A stretch of 64,000 nucleotides of DNA, taken from Candidatus Sumerlaeia bacterium. GTDB lineage: Bacteria; Sumerlaeota; Sumerlaeia; SLMS01; JANRJK01. Of this stretch, positions 1-8,887 are shown piece after piece. The position numbers and the translations under genes are program-made. The DNA lies in assembly GCA_033764015.1 (NCBI GenBank), contig JANRJK010000013.1, forward strand, positions 192,001 through 256,000, read 5' to 3'. Under the pieces are notes generated by a model. The model was not told where the DNA came from. It did no database searches and saw only the letters and a list, made by a program, of their open reading frames with translations. Each line of letters opens with the position of its first letter. Within the stretch, counting starts at the first letter, position 1.

Positions 1-176
1 GCGACCTCCTGCGGTCTCGCGTCCGTCGCGATATCGAGGTCCTTCACCGGCAGCCCAAGCAGCCGGTCGCGCACACACCCACCCACGAAGTACGCCATGC
101 GTCCCGACGCGGCCAGCCGACGGGCCGCCTCGCGGCCGGCTTCGAGCAAGGTGACGGGGTCCAACTGGTCGGCCAT
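1..176 (-). CDS. CCA-adding tRNA nucleotidyltransferase / poly(A) polymerase family, N-terminal part (runs off window start)
   Basis: Manual translation from ATG at 176: MADQLDPVTLLEAGREAARRLAASGRMAYFVGGCVRDRLLGLPVKDLDIATDARPQEV; the VGGCVRD..LG...KDLDIAT signature is the class II nucleotidyltransferase head. cca versus pcnB cannot be resolved from this fragment. Confidence 0.9.
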   Translation of the reverse strand, partial: MADQLDPVTLLEAGREAARRLAASGRMAYFVGGCVRDRLLGLPVKDLDIATDARPQEV

Positions 177-283
177 GCCGCTACAAGACGCGCCCGGGCC
201 GCGGCGCGCAAGCACCGGGTGGGTGGGGGTCCCGAAGAAGCGGCGCCATGGCATGGTTGCTGCCCCGTTCTCCGCGCAGCGGG

Positions 284-303
284 TGGAAAACGGGACTTTT
301 CCA
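284..303. promoter_or_regulatory. Inverted repeat TGGAAAA-N6-TTTTCCA, candidate operator in divergent intergenic region
   Basis: Perfect 7-bp AT-rich inverted repeat with 6-bp spacer between the divergent nucleotidyltransferase and giant secreted protein genes. Confidence 0.35.
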
Positions 304-398
304 GGGGAATTCCCGGGAGCGTCTCTGCGAGAGACCCGCCTGCGCGAGACTCCGGTCCAAAGGCGAGACTGCCAGCGACCGGGAAACGGGTGGCCCAC

Positions 399-3300
399 AT
401 GGCGAGTAGGACGATACTAGCGCGGGTACTGTGGTCGCTGTGGCTGTTGGCGCTGCTAGCGGGGCGGGCCGGCGCCGTCGGCGACGCCTCGACATCCTTC
501 CAAGTGTTCGTGCCGCCGAACAACGACCGTGTCGGTCGCGATGTCGCCTTGATCGTCACCAACGTTTCCCCGTTCCGCACGACGGTGGACCTGATCGATG
601 ACGGAGCGGATGGCGACACGGACGACACGGTGTTGGGCATCGTCCTCGATCGCGGCCAGTCCTACGTGCGCTACATCAAAGACGGCGCGGTGAACGACGA
701 CGCCGGCGGCAAATGGGACGGGGACTACTTCCTCGTCGAAAGCCTCGACCCCGTCGTCGTCCAAATGTCGACGAAGAGCGACTGGCAGTGGGACTTCGTT
801 CCGGCCGACAACAAGACCATGCGGGGACAGTCGTTCTTCATCTACTCGCCCTCGACATCGAGTTCGCAACGCGACGTGAACCTTGTGGCGTACGAAGACA
901 ACACCGAGGTGTATGTCCTGGACATCACCGCGACGCCGCTCAATGAGACGGGCCTCACGACGGTCAATGTGGAGGCGCCGGTCGAGATCCTGAAGACCAC
1001 TCTGAACGCGGGCGAGGACCTGATCGGCCGCCGCAAGCTGGGCATCGATATCCTGGACCCGGGCCGGACCTACTGGATCCGCGCTTCGAAGGGCGTGACC
1101 TGCCAGTACGGCTCGCTCGCGGGCAACGGGCGCGACGGCGGCGGCTTCGTGCCGTCGGAGAACGGCTTCGCGAGCGGGGCGCGCTTCTACTTCTTCATCC
1201 CCCGGGACCAACCCGACGAGCGCGAAGTGCGCGTGGTCTCCTTCGACGACGACAACAACGTCGAGTTCGCAGGCTGGAGCAGTGAGCTGGGCCGGTGGGT
1301 CGTGATCTCCAACTGGGAGATCGACCGGTTCGGCCACGCGGACTGGGTGGAGTCGGGAACCAACTACCCGTTCTACCGCCTGCTCTGCACACCCGGCAAG
1401 CGCGTGTCGGTGTTCGCGGCGAGCTGGCTGGAGGCGAAGGGGCTCTCCGGCACGAAGGACATCGCGAGCTTCGCGTCGAGCGAAAGCGGATACGGCGCTG
1501 GCAAAGAGTTCCTCGCCTACATCCCGCAGCCGGGCTTCCAAGGAAACGTGGTGTTCAACGGGCGCAAGATCGGCAACAACGGTCACTTGTTCCTGTTCGG
1601 GCACGTGAACGGGACGACCTTCGAAGTCGTCGACGCGGACACGCAGGGGACGCTGTTCCGCCGCACCGGCACCATCAACAAGGACGGCTATGCGAACGTG
1701 CGGATGAGCGAGGCGGAGTTCGCCGCCCTCAACCGTCCCGCGCAGGGGATCCGCCCCTACCTGAAGGTGACGGCGAACCACCTGATCACCGTGATGGTGA
1801 CGAACTTCAACGACAACTGGATGACGTTCGTTCCGAGCGTTGTGCTACCGAACCCCCTCCTCACGGCGGCGGCGACCGTCGATCAAGCGGTGGTGGGGGA
1901 GGAGGGCTGCGTCAGCTTCGTCGCCGACAACGCCGGAGCCGGCGCGCTCGATTCGGCGTTGCTCGAGATCCCGCTTGATCCCGCGGTCAGCTATGCCTCC
2001 GCGGAACTTTCGATCCCCGGCATGGGGAGCCCGCTGATCGAGACGGACCCGGAGACCGGCGCCCAGATCCTTGTATGGGAGGGCTTCTCCATCCCCGCGG
2101 ACGGCCGCCTCGAGGGGACCGTCTGCTTCACTGTGCGGGCGAGGCGCCCCGACGGCAGCGTGGTGCGCAACCGCGACTTCATCAGCCTCCCCGTGCTGGT
2201 CCGGGGGCTGGGTTTCGGCGTGCCGGTCGCGCAGGGGGGCGAGGCGGAGCTGTTCACCGCGCAGACCTCGCTGGCGCTGACGGTCGACGACGACTCGCAG
2301 ACCGCGGTCTCGGGCCTGGCGGCGACGCCGGCGGGAAACTCGATCAACGTCAGTTGGCAGACCACCCGCGAGCCGGACCTCGCCGGATTCCGCGTGTACC
2401 GCTCCACCTCGGGCGACGGCCCGTTCACGCTCCTCACCGCGCAGCCGATCCCCGGGACCGGCGACGCTGTGACGGGCGCCCGGTACCTCCATGTGGATCG
2501 GCCCGCGAACATGAACACGCTCTACTACTACCGCCTCGAAGTGATCGACACGCTCGGCGCGTCCTCCTTCGTGGGTCCGGTCTCCGTGCTCGCCGAGGAC
2601 CGCACTCCTCCGGAGCCACCGTCGCTCGCAGTGGACGAAATCGGCGACGGGCGGGTGGTGCTTCGTCCTTCCGGCGGCGACGCCGACGGCGATTTGAAGG
2701 GCTACTGGATCCACCGCTCCGACACCTCCGGTGGCGTTTTCACGCGCATCAACTCGATCCCCGTCCAGCCAGGGGCCGTCCACGTCGACACAACGGTGGG
2801 GAACGGGCGGTCGTACTTCTACCGGGCTCGCGCAATCGACACGAGCGACAACCTTTCCGAGTTCGGAGCGGTCGTCGAAGCGGCGATGCCCTCGACCATC
2901 AGCACGGTGCGGACGCTTGCCTACGAGGACCAGATCGGTCCCGGCAAGAACGACTGGGATTACAACGACTGGGTGATCGCGCTTTCGAGCGAGGAGGTGT
3001 TCGCGCAAGGAGGCGTGGCGGAGGTGGGGATCGACATCGAGGCGCTGGCGCGCGGGGCGCGCTTCCGCAACGAGTTCCGCCTGCGGGTCCGCGCCGTTGG
3101 CGCTTGGACCGCGACCGTCGACATCTACGCGGATCGCAACGCCGCCGAGCCGCTCGAGTCGCGCAGCGAGTCGGGGAGCGGCGACGTCGACATCGCGCTC
3201 TTCGCCGACACGAGCGACGCGCTGCCGCCCCCCGCGGGCGACGACTTCACGAACACGCTCAACCGCCAGAATCCGGCGACGCTCGGCCGGACGGCCCGCG

Positions 3301-5084
3301 TTCGCATCACGATGGCGAACCCCGCGGCCAACCCAAGCAACGCGCGCCACCATCCGCCATTCGATCCCTACCTGAAGAGCGCCATCGGCGAAGTGCACCA
3401 GGTGCGCGAAGGATTCCCGGGCTCCACGGAAGTGGTGGCTTTCTGGCCCGAGAGCCCGCTGCTCGGCTTCAACCTCGACTACGTGCTGGTGGTGCCGGGG
3501 AGCCAATGGCGCTGGCCGCTCGAGAACCAGAAGATCTGGGACGCCTACCCCGAAGTGTTCACCAGGCACATGCTCTCGGGGCGCCAGTCGGACACCGACT
3601 GGGGCATCCCTGACAACCGCGTGGCGTCCAAGACCTACAACTGGTACCCGCTGCCCGGGGGAGCGCGCTCGTGGGTGGAGTCGCCCCCGGTTTCCCGCAC
3701 GGGATCGTCCATCCCCGTTGCCAGCTATGCGTCGCCGTTCGTCGCGTCCCCCAAGGCGATCGCGCATCTTGGGAGCGGCGCACCGGCGGATTCGATCCTG
3801 CTGGCGGGCGCCGACAAGCGTGTCCGACTCGTCGCACCGGAAGGGGCGTCGAGGGCGGGCTGGCCAATCGACGCGAACAGCTTCCGCGCGACGCCGGCGG
3901 TCGGCCACCTGTCGCCCTCGGACCCCCACCCGACACTCTTGACGGCGGAGGAAAGCTACGAGGTCCCCGCGCGGGTGATGGCGTGGGAGCTGACGCCGGC
4001 GTCCGTCCTCCGCTGGCAGAACGAGGTCGGCGCCAGCGTGAAGGCGCCACCGGTGATCGCCGACCTCGACGCCGATGGAGAGGCTGAGGTGCTCGTAGTC
4101 ACCACGGCGGGCCTGCTGCATGTCGTCCGCGCGGACGGTCTGCCGTATCCGGGGTCGCCCGTGTCGCTCGGCACCCCGACCTGGAACGACAAGAACATCC
4201 TGCTGTCGGGTCCGCCCGTGGTGATGGACGTGGACGGCGACGGGCGGCTCGAAATCTACGCCGCGGCGCCCTCCGGCACCCAGGTTGCAGGGCTTCAGTC
4301 GACGCTGGCGCCGCTGCAAGGGTGGCCGCGGGCGGTGGACGGCGCGATCATCGGCGGCGTGGCGGCCACGCGGACGCCGGCGGGCGAGGCGGCAATCGCC
4401 ACGGCCACCGTCGCGGGCAGCGTGTACGTATGGGACGGCCTGGGGCGGCTGCTGGCGCCGCCGGCGGGCTCGCTCGGCAATCCGGCCCATCTCGGGGAGC
4501 CGGTCATCGCGCCCGTCGTCGCCTTCCGCGACGAGCTGGCGGCGAAGGACTACCTGGTCGTCGCCACGAGCACGGGAACAATCCACCTGCTCTCCACGAA
4601 CGGAGTACCGCAAGCGGGCTGGCCCGTGGCGGCGGCGGGCGAGGTGATGGCTTCGCCGGTCGTCGGCGACTTCGACGGCGACGCCGAGCCCGAGATCCTC
4701 GTGGCGGCCACCAATGGACGGGTGGCGACTTGGAAGCTAAGCGGCGATCCGCTTCCCGAGCTGACCACGCAACTGTCCGGTGCGATCCAGGCGACGCCGG
4801 CCGTCGCCGACCTCGACCTCGACTCGCGGCTCGAAGTGTACATCGCGACGTCGCTCGGCGACCTGATCCGCCTCGACGGGACGGGCGCTTCGCCGCTCAC
4901 CGGGTCGCTGGCGGCTCCATGGGCTGGCATCGGGGGCGGGGACGGTACGAACGCCCCTTCCGCCGGCTGGCTGTTGGTGCCGCTGACGTCCGCAGCCGGG
5001 GGAGCGCAGGGATGGATGATCTCGTGGAGCGCGCCCCCGGCCCCACGGGCCCGAAACCGCGGGGGACGGGTCGGGACAGCCTAG
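399..5084 (+). CDS. Giant secreted multidomain protein (signal peptide; N-terminal beta-rich region; FN3-like domains; LruC/DUF4842-like domain; FG-GAP/VCBS repeats)
   Basis: ATG at 399 gives Sec-type signal MASRTILARVLWSLWLLALLAGRAGA. FN3-like INVSWQTTREPDLAGFRVYRS and YFYRARAIDTSDNLS; LruC-like TLAYEDQ...DWDYNDWVI and WRWPLE..KIWDAYP; repeated DLDADGEAEVLV, DVDGDGRLEI, DFDGDAEPEI with GWP motifs. Confidence 0.8.
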   Translation: MASRTILARVLWSLWLLALLAGRAGAVGDASTSFQVFVPPNNDRVGRDVALIVTNVSPFRTTVDLIDDGADGDTDDTVLGIVLDRGQSYVRYIKDGAVNDDAGGKWDGDYFLVESLDPVVVQMSTKSDWQWDFVPADNKTMRGQSFFIYSPSTSSSQRDVNLVAYEDNTEVYVLDITATPLNETGLTTVNVEAPVEILKTTLNAGEDLIGRRKLGIDILDPGRTYWIRASKGVTCQYGSLAGNGRDGGGFVPSENGFASGARFYFFIPRDQPDEREVRVVSFDDDNNVEFAGWSSELGRWVVISNWEIDRFGHADWVESGTNYPFYRLLCTPGKRVSVFAASWLEAKGLSGTKDIASFASSESGYGAGKEFLAYIPQPGFQGNVVFNGRKIGNNGHLFLFGHVNGTTFEVVDADTQGTLFRRTGTINKDGYANVRMSEAEFAALNRPAQGIRPYLKVTANHLITVMVTNFNDNWMTFVPSVVLPNPLLTAAATVDQAVVGEEGCVSFVADNAGAGALDSALLEIPLDPAVSYASAELSIPGMGSPLIETDPETGAQILVWEGFSIPADGRLEGTVCFTVRARRPDGSVVRNRDFISLPVLVRGLGFGVPVAQGGEAELFTAQTSLALTVDDDSQTAVSGLAATPAGNSINVSWQTTREPDLAGFRVYRSTSGDGPFTLLTAQPIPGTGDAVTGARYLHVDRPANMNTLYYYRLEVIDTLGASSFVGPVSVLAEDRTPPEPPSLAVDEIGDGRVVLRPSGGDADGDLKGYWIHRSDTSGGVFTRINSIPVQPGAVHVDTTVGNGRSYFYRARAIDTSDNLSEFGAVVEAAMPSTISTVRTLAYEDQIGPGKNDWDYNDWVIALSSEEVFAQGGVAEVGIDIEALARGARFRNEFRLRVRAVGAWTATVDIYADRNAAEPLESRSESGSGDVDIALFADTSDALPPPAGDDFTNTLNRQNPATLGRTARVRITMANPAANPSNARHHPPFDPYLKSAIGEVHQVREGFPGSTEVVAFWPESPLLGFNLDYVLVVPGSQWRWPLENQKIWDAYPEVFTRHMLSGRQSDTDWGIPDNRVASKTYNWYPLPGGARSWVESPPVSRTGSSIPVASYASPFVASPKAIAHLGSGAPADSILLAGADKRVRLVAPEGASRAGWPIDANSFRATPAVGHLSPSDPHPTLLTAEESYEVPARVMAWELTPASVLRWQNEVGASVKAPPVIADLDADGEAEVLVVTTAGLLHVVRADGLPYPGSPVSLGTPTWNDKNILLSGPPVVMDVDGDGRLEIYAAAPSGTQVAGLQSTLAPLQGWPRAVDGAIIGGVAATRTPAGEAAIATATVAGSVYVWDGLGRLLAPPAGSLGNPAHLGEPVIAPVVAFRDELAAKDYLVVATSTGTIHLLSTNGVPQAGWPVAAAGEVMASPVVGDFDGDAEPEILVAATNGRVATWKLSGDPLPELTTQLSGAIQATPAVADLDLDSRLEVYIATSLGDLIRLDGTGASPLTGSLAAPWAGIGGGDGTNAPSAGWLLVPLTSAAGGAQGWMISWSAPPAPRARNRGGRVGTA

Positions 5085-5135
5085 CGCGCGGAGCGGCTCC
5101 AGCCCTCCCCGAAGGTCGCTGCGATCCCGGAGCCG

Positions 5136-8024
5136 CTACGGACCGGTAATCAGCCCCACGGCCCGGGCGACCGCGGGATCGTTCGAGGCGCGGGCGGCGT
5201 CGAAGTCGGGGTCGGCGAAGACCGTGGCGTCCAGAACCCCCTCCGCGTTCAGGTCGGCGAGCAATGCCGCCGCCGCGGCCGGATCGCCTGCGTGCAACTC
5301 GACTAGGGGGCGGCGAGCGGAGAGGTGGCGCGCGGCGGGGGAGTCCGGGAGACCGGCCACCGCGCACCCTTCCTCGAAGATCCTGCGCGCCTCGTCGCCG
5401 CGCCCCGCGAGGGCGAGGGCGCGCGCATGCCAGAATGCGTTCATCGCCGCGGGGACGGCGGCGCGCCCTGGTTCCCGTCCCCTCAGCTCCGCCCAGCGGA
5501 TGGCCGCCGCCGCGTGGGCGGCGAGGGCGTCGTCGACGCGGCCGAGCCGGTGCGCGTCGTAGCCGATGGAGTCGTGGGCGAGCGCGCACTCGTGTTGGAA
5601 GCGGCTGTCCGGGGGCTCCTTCGCCGCCCACGGGCAGACGTGCGCGCGGGCGGCTTCCGCGTAGGCGAGGGCGGCATCGAAGTCGCCGAGTTGCTCCGCG
5701 GCCCAGCAGGCGCGCTTGAGGTTCCAGCAATGGATGTACGCCCAGTCCGCGTTTTCGGGGTCGTGGTCCGCCATGCGGGCGCTTGCCGCGAGGGCGCGGG
5801 CGTACTCGCGGGCGGCGCCGGCGTGGTCGCCGGAGCCGTAGAGGAGGTCGCCGATGTTGGCGGCGAGCACGGTGGCGTCGCGCTCGACCATCCAGTCGTC
5901 GGGTTCGAGGGCGCGGAGGCGTTCCACGACGGCGAAGGCCGCGTCGAAGTCGCGCCGCGCCGCCTCCGTATCGCCGGCCATCTCCTCGATGCGCCCGCAC
6001 ATGCCGTAGACCGAGAGCAGGTCGCGCAGGGGGAGCGGGTCGTCGGGCTCGGCCTGCGCAGCGATGCGCTCACGGATCGTGCGGGCCTCGCGGGCGGCGG
6101 CGCGCGCCTCCGCGAGCCTGCCGAGTTCGCGGAGCGCGTGCGCCTGCTTGGTGTGGGCCACCGCGATTTCGCGCGCGGGAGAGTCAGGCAGCTCGAGCAG
6201 GAGCGAGGCGCATTCCGCGAAGGCGGCATGGGCCGCTTCCCACTCGGAAACCTGTCCTTCGATATCGCCCAACCGGTCGAGGGCGCCGGCGAGGGTCTGC
6301 GTGATGCGCGGCTCGCGGCGCGCGATCGCGATGGCGGCGCCGACCGCGGCGCGCGCTTCCTCTGTCCTTCCGAGCGTCCGGAGGACCTCCGCCCGGTGGA
6401 TGTGCGCGGCGGCCTCGTTGGTTCGGGCGGGCTGCGTGCGCTCCGATTCGGGAAGGGCGCCATAATAGCCCACCGCGCGGAGGGTGACCCCGTCGAGGAC
6501 GGCGGTCTGGCCGATCGGTTCGAGGCGGGCGCGGAGGTCGGTGAGCATGTAATCCAGGAGCCCCTCCGCATCGGCGCGGGCGCGCTCGGCGCGGGCGCGG
6601 GCCTCCTCGATGCGGCGCTGCCGGGCGCGCAGCTCCTCGTTCGCGCGGCGCTGGGTGACGTACAGCGTGGCGAGCAGCGCGCCCACGCCGAGGAGGAGGC
6701 AGGCGCTGGAGATGGCGAAGGTGCGCCGCTGGCATTCGCGGCGGGCGCGCATTTCGGCCTGTCCTGCGATGCGTTCGCGCAGCCTGTCCGCTCCCGCCGA
6801 GGAGAGCCGGTCCGCCTGTGCGCGCGCGAGGACGAAGTCGCCGTGCGCGAGGGCGTCCTCCGCGTAGCGGCGCAGTACCTCGTCCGTCAGCGCCCGCGCG
6901 CCCGGGTGCGCGTCCCAGTGCGTCCGGACGAACTCCAGTTCGGCGAGGCAGTACGAGTAGCCGGCGTAGTCCCGCGCCTGCTCGAACAGGCGTTGGGCAC
7001 GGCCGAAGGCGGCCTCCGCCTCGCGGCGGCGGGAAGCGCCGGAGCGGAAGTCGCGGACGCGGGCGAGGAGCTCGGCGGCGCTGCGCGGGCGCCGAGCGGG
7101 GTCGGGGTCGAGCGACCGCGCCGCGAGCGACTCGAGTTCCGCGGGGATCGTCCGGCCCGGCGCCGCCTCGCGCACCGGGACGACCCGGCCCCGGTGGGCC
7201 ATGTAGAACGCCTGGGCGCTGGAGGGCGCATGGTGCGGGGGGACGCCGCACAGGATGGTGTGGAGGATTCCTCCGAGGAGGTACACGTCCGTCCAGGGTC
7301 CCACGCCGCGGGCGCTGGGGAGCGTTTGCTCCGGCGCCATGTAGGCGGGGGTTCCCGCGGGGGCGCGGGCGGTGTCGGGTGTGGGCAGCCAAGGCGAGGG
7401 GGCGACGCCTTCCGCCGGGATCCAAACCGCGAGCCCCCAGTCCATGAGGAACACCTCGCCGAAGTCGCCCACGACGACTTGCTGGGGCTTGAGGTCGGCG
7501 TGGACGACGCCGCGCGAGTGGGCGAAGGCGACGGCCTGCGCGACCTGCTGGAGGATGCCGAGGTGCTCGTCGAGATGCTCCTCGAAGGGGCGCTCCACCG
7601 GGGCCGCGAGCAGGGCGCTCCAAGGGCGCCCCTCGACGAGCTTCATGGCGAGGCTGGGGCGTCCGTCGCCGCCCCGGACGATGTCGTAGACCGGCACGAT
7701 GTTCGGGTGGTCGAGGCGCGCCGCGATGAGGCCTTCCGCGAGGAGGTTGGCTTCCGGATCGGAGCCGCCGCCGCTGGCGCCGGCCTGTTCCTCGGCGTCG
7801 GGGCGCAGCACCTTGAGAGCGACTAGCCGGTCCAGCGAGACTTGCCGGGCGCGCCAGACCTCGGCGAACCCGCCCCGGGCGACGAGCGCCTCGGGAACCC
7901 AGGCTTCTCCGGCGCTGGTGGCGTGGTGGGGCGGCCTCGGCGCGCGTCGCGGAAAGGTGTCCCCCGGGTTTTCGGGGAGGTCGGCCGGACAGGGCACAAC
8001 GGGCTGTTCCTGTTCGATGCTCAT
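5136..8024 (-). CDS. Membrane Ser/Thr protein kinase with C-terminal TPR repeats
   Basis: RGGFAEVW, VALK, HPNIVPVY, HADLKPQQ, DWGLA, GTPAYMAPEQ, DVYLLG; TM segment FAISSACLLLGVGALLATLYV; Ala-rich TPR-like repeats (DPENADW, LGDFDAALAY). Confidence 0.92.
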   Translation of the reverse strand: MSIEQEQPVVPCPADLPENPGDTFPRRAPRPPHHATSAGEAWVPEALVARGGFAEVWRARQVSLDRLVALKVLRPDAEEQAGASGGGSDPEANLLAEGLIAARLDHPNIVPVYDIVRGGDGRPSLAMKLVEGRPWSALLAAPVERPFEEHLDEHLGILQQVAQAVAFAHSRGVVHADLKPQQVVVGDFGEVFLMDWGLAVWIPAEGVAPSPWLPTPDTARAPAGTPAYMAPEQTLPSARGVGPWTDVYLLGGILHTILCGVPPHHAPSSAQAFYMAHRGRVVPVREAAPGRTIPAELESLAARSLDPDPARRPRSAAELLARVRDFRSGASRRREAEAAFGRAQRLFEQARDYAGYSYCLAELEFVRTHWDAHPGARALTDEVLRRYAEDALAHGDFVLARAQADRLSSAGADRLRERIAGQAEMRARRECQRRTFAISSACLLLGVGALLATLYVTQRRANEELRARQRRIEEARARAERARADAEGLLDYMLTDLRARLEPIGQTAVLDGVTLRAVGYYGALPESERTQPARTNEAAAHIHRAEVLRTLGRTEEARAAVGAAIAIARREPRITQTLAGALDRLGDIEGQVSEWEAAHAAFAECASLLLELPDSPAREIAVAHTKQAHALRELGRLAEARAAAREARTIRERIAAQAEPDDPLPLRDLLSVYGMCGRIEEMAGDTEAARRDFDAAFAVVERLRALEPDDWMVERDATVLAANIGDLLYGSGDHAGAAREYARALAASARMADHDPENADWAYIHCWNLKRACWAAEQLGDFDAALAYAEAARAHVCPWAAKEPPDSRFQHECALAHDSIGYDAHRLGRVDDALAAHAAAAIRWAELRGREPGRAAVPAAMNAFWHARALALAGRGDEARRIFEEGCAVAGLPDSPAARHLSARRPLVELHAGDPAAAAALLADLNAEGVLDATVFADPDFDAARASNDPAVARAVGLITGP

Positions 8025-8110
8025 GCGCAGGGGGAACCCTCTTGCCGGATGGGTGGCTGGGAGAAGACATTCCCGGTGCGGACCGACCTCGTCACGGGGA
8101 AAGCACGACC

Positions 8111-8800
8111 ATGCGGAGCCTCTGGTACCTTAGCCAGATGGACTTCTTCGAGGAGCTTGGGGAGGAGTCGCGCCTTTCGCTGGCGCGGCACGCGGAGGTG
8201 CATGTGTGGGCGGCGAAGACCGACGCGTCGGCGGTGATCGCCTCCGGCAGGGTGTTCCTCATCACGGAGGGGCGACTCGAACTGAGCCACCTCAGCAGCC
8301 AGGGGAGGCAGCTTTGCCTCGGGCACCTCGAACCGGGCTCCGTCATCGGGGCGTTCGACGAGGTCGGGGACGCGATGGACGAGTTCACTTGCAACCATGT
8401 GCGCGCGCTCGAAGAGAGCGGAGCGGTGTCCTTCACCAAGAAGTACTTCCACGGGATGCTGGGGCGGCGCCCGGCGGTGGCGGGCTATGTGATGCGCTAC
8501 CTCTCGGAGTGCCGCCGGCGGCTCGAGAAGCGGCTGGTGGGCGTGCTCTTCCGGAGCAACGAGGCGAAGGTCGCGTCCATCCTGCTGGAACTCGCGGAGG
8601 ATGGCGGCGTCCGCAAGCCGGGCGGGCGCGTGGTGCTTGATCCGGCGCCGTCGCACATCGAAATCGGCGCGATGGTCGGGCTGCCGCGGGAGGAGGTGAG
8701 CAGGGCCCTGGGGGCGCTCCGCGACCAGGGACTCGCGGAGCAGGGCCGGCGCAGAATCGAGATTCCCGACCTTGGGAGGTTGCGCGAGACGCTACGGTGA
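8111..8800 (+). CDS. Crp/Fnr family transcriptional regulator
   Basis: ATG at 8111 (MRSLWYLSQMDFFEEL); beta-roll VFLITEGRLEL...LEPGSVIG; C-terminal HTH SHIEIGAMVGLPREEVSRALGALRDQG. Confidence 0.88.
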   Translation: MRSLWYLSQMDFFEELGEESRLSLARHAEVHVWAAKTDASAVIASGRVFLITEGRLELSHLSSQGRQLCLGHLEPGSVIGAFDEVGDAMDEFTCNHVRALEESGAVSFTKKYFHGMLGRRPAVAGYVMRYLSECRRRLEKRLVGVLFRSNEAKVASILLELAEDGGVRKPGGRVVLDPAPSHIEIGAMVGLPREEVSRALGALRDQGLAEQGRRRIEIPDLGRLRETLR

Positions 8801-8812
8801 GAAGTCTCACCG
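8795..8812. promoter_or_regulatory. Crp-box-like palindrome CGGTGAGA-AG-TCTCACCG (GTGA-N6-TCAC core)
   Basis: Perfect 8-bp inverted repeat overlapping the TGA of the Crp-family gene, centred ~84 bp upstream of the next ATG (8888). Confidence 0.6.
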
Positions 8813-8887
8813 ACAGCAGCCGGCCCTTTGGACAGCCTCGCCGAGTCCCGCCACCGCGCGGGCCACCCGGCCCCGGAGGTCCCCCGA

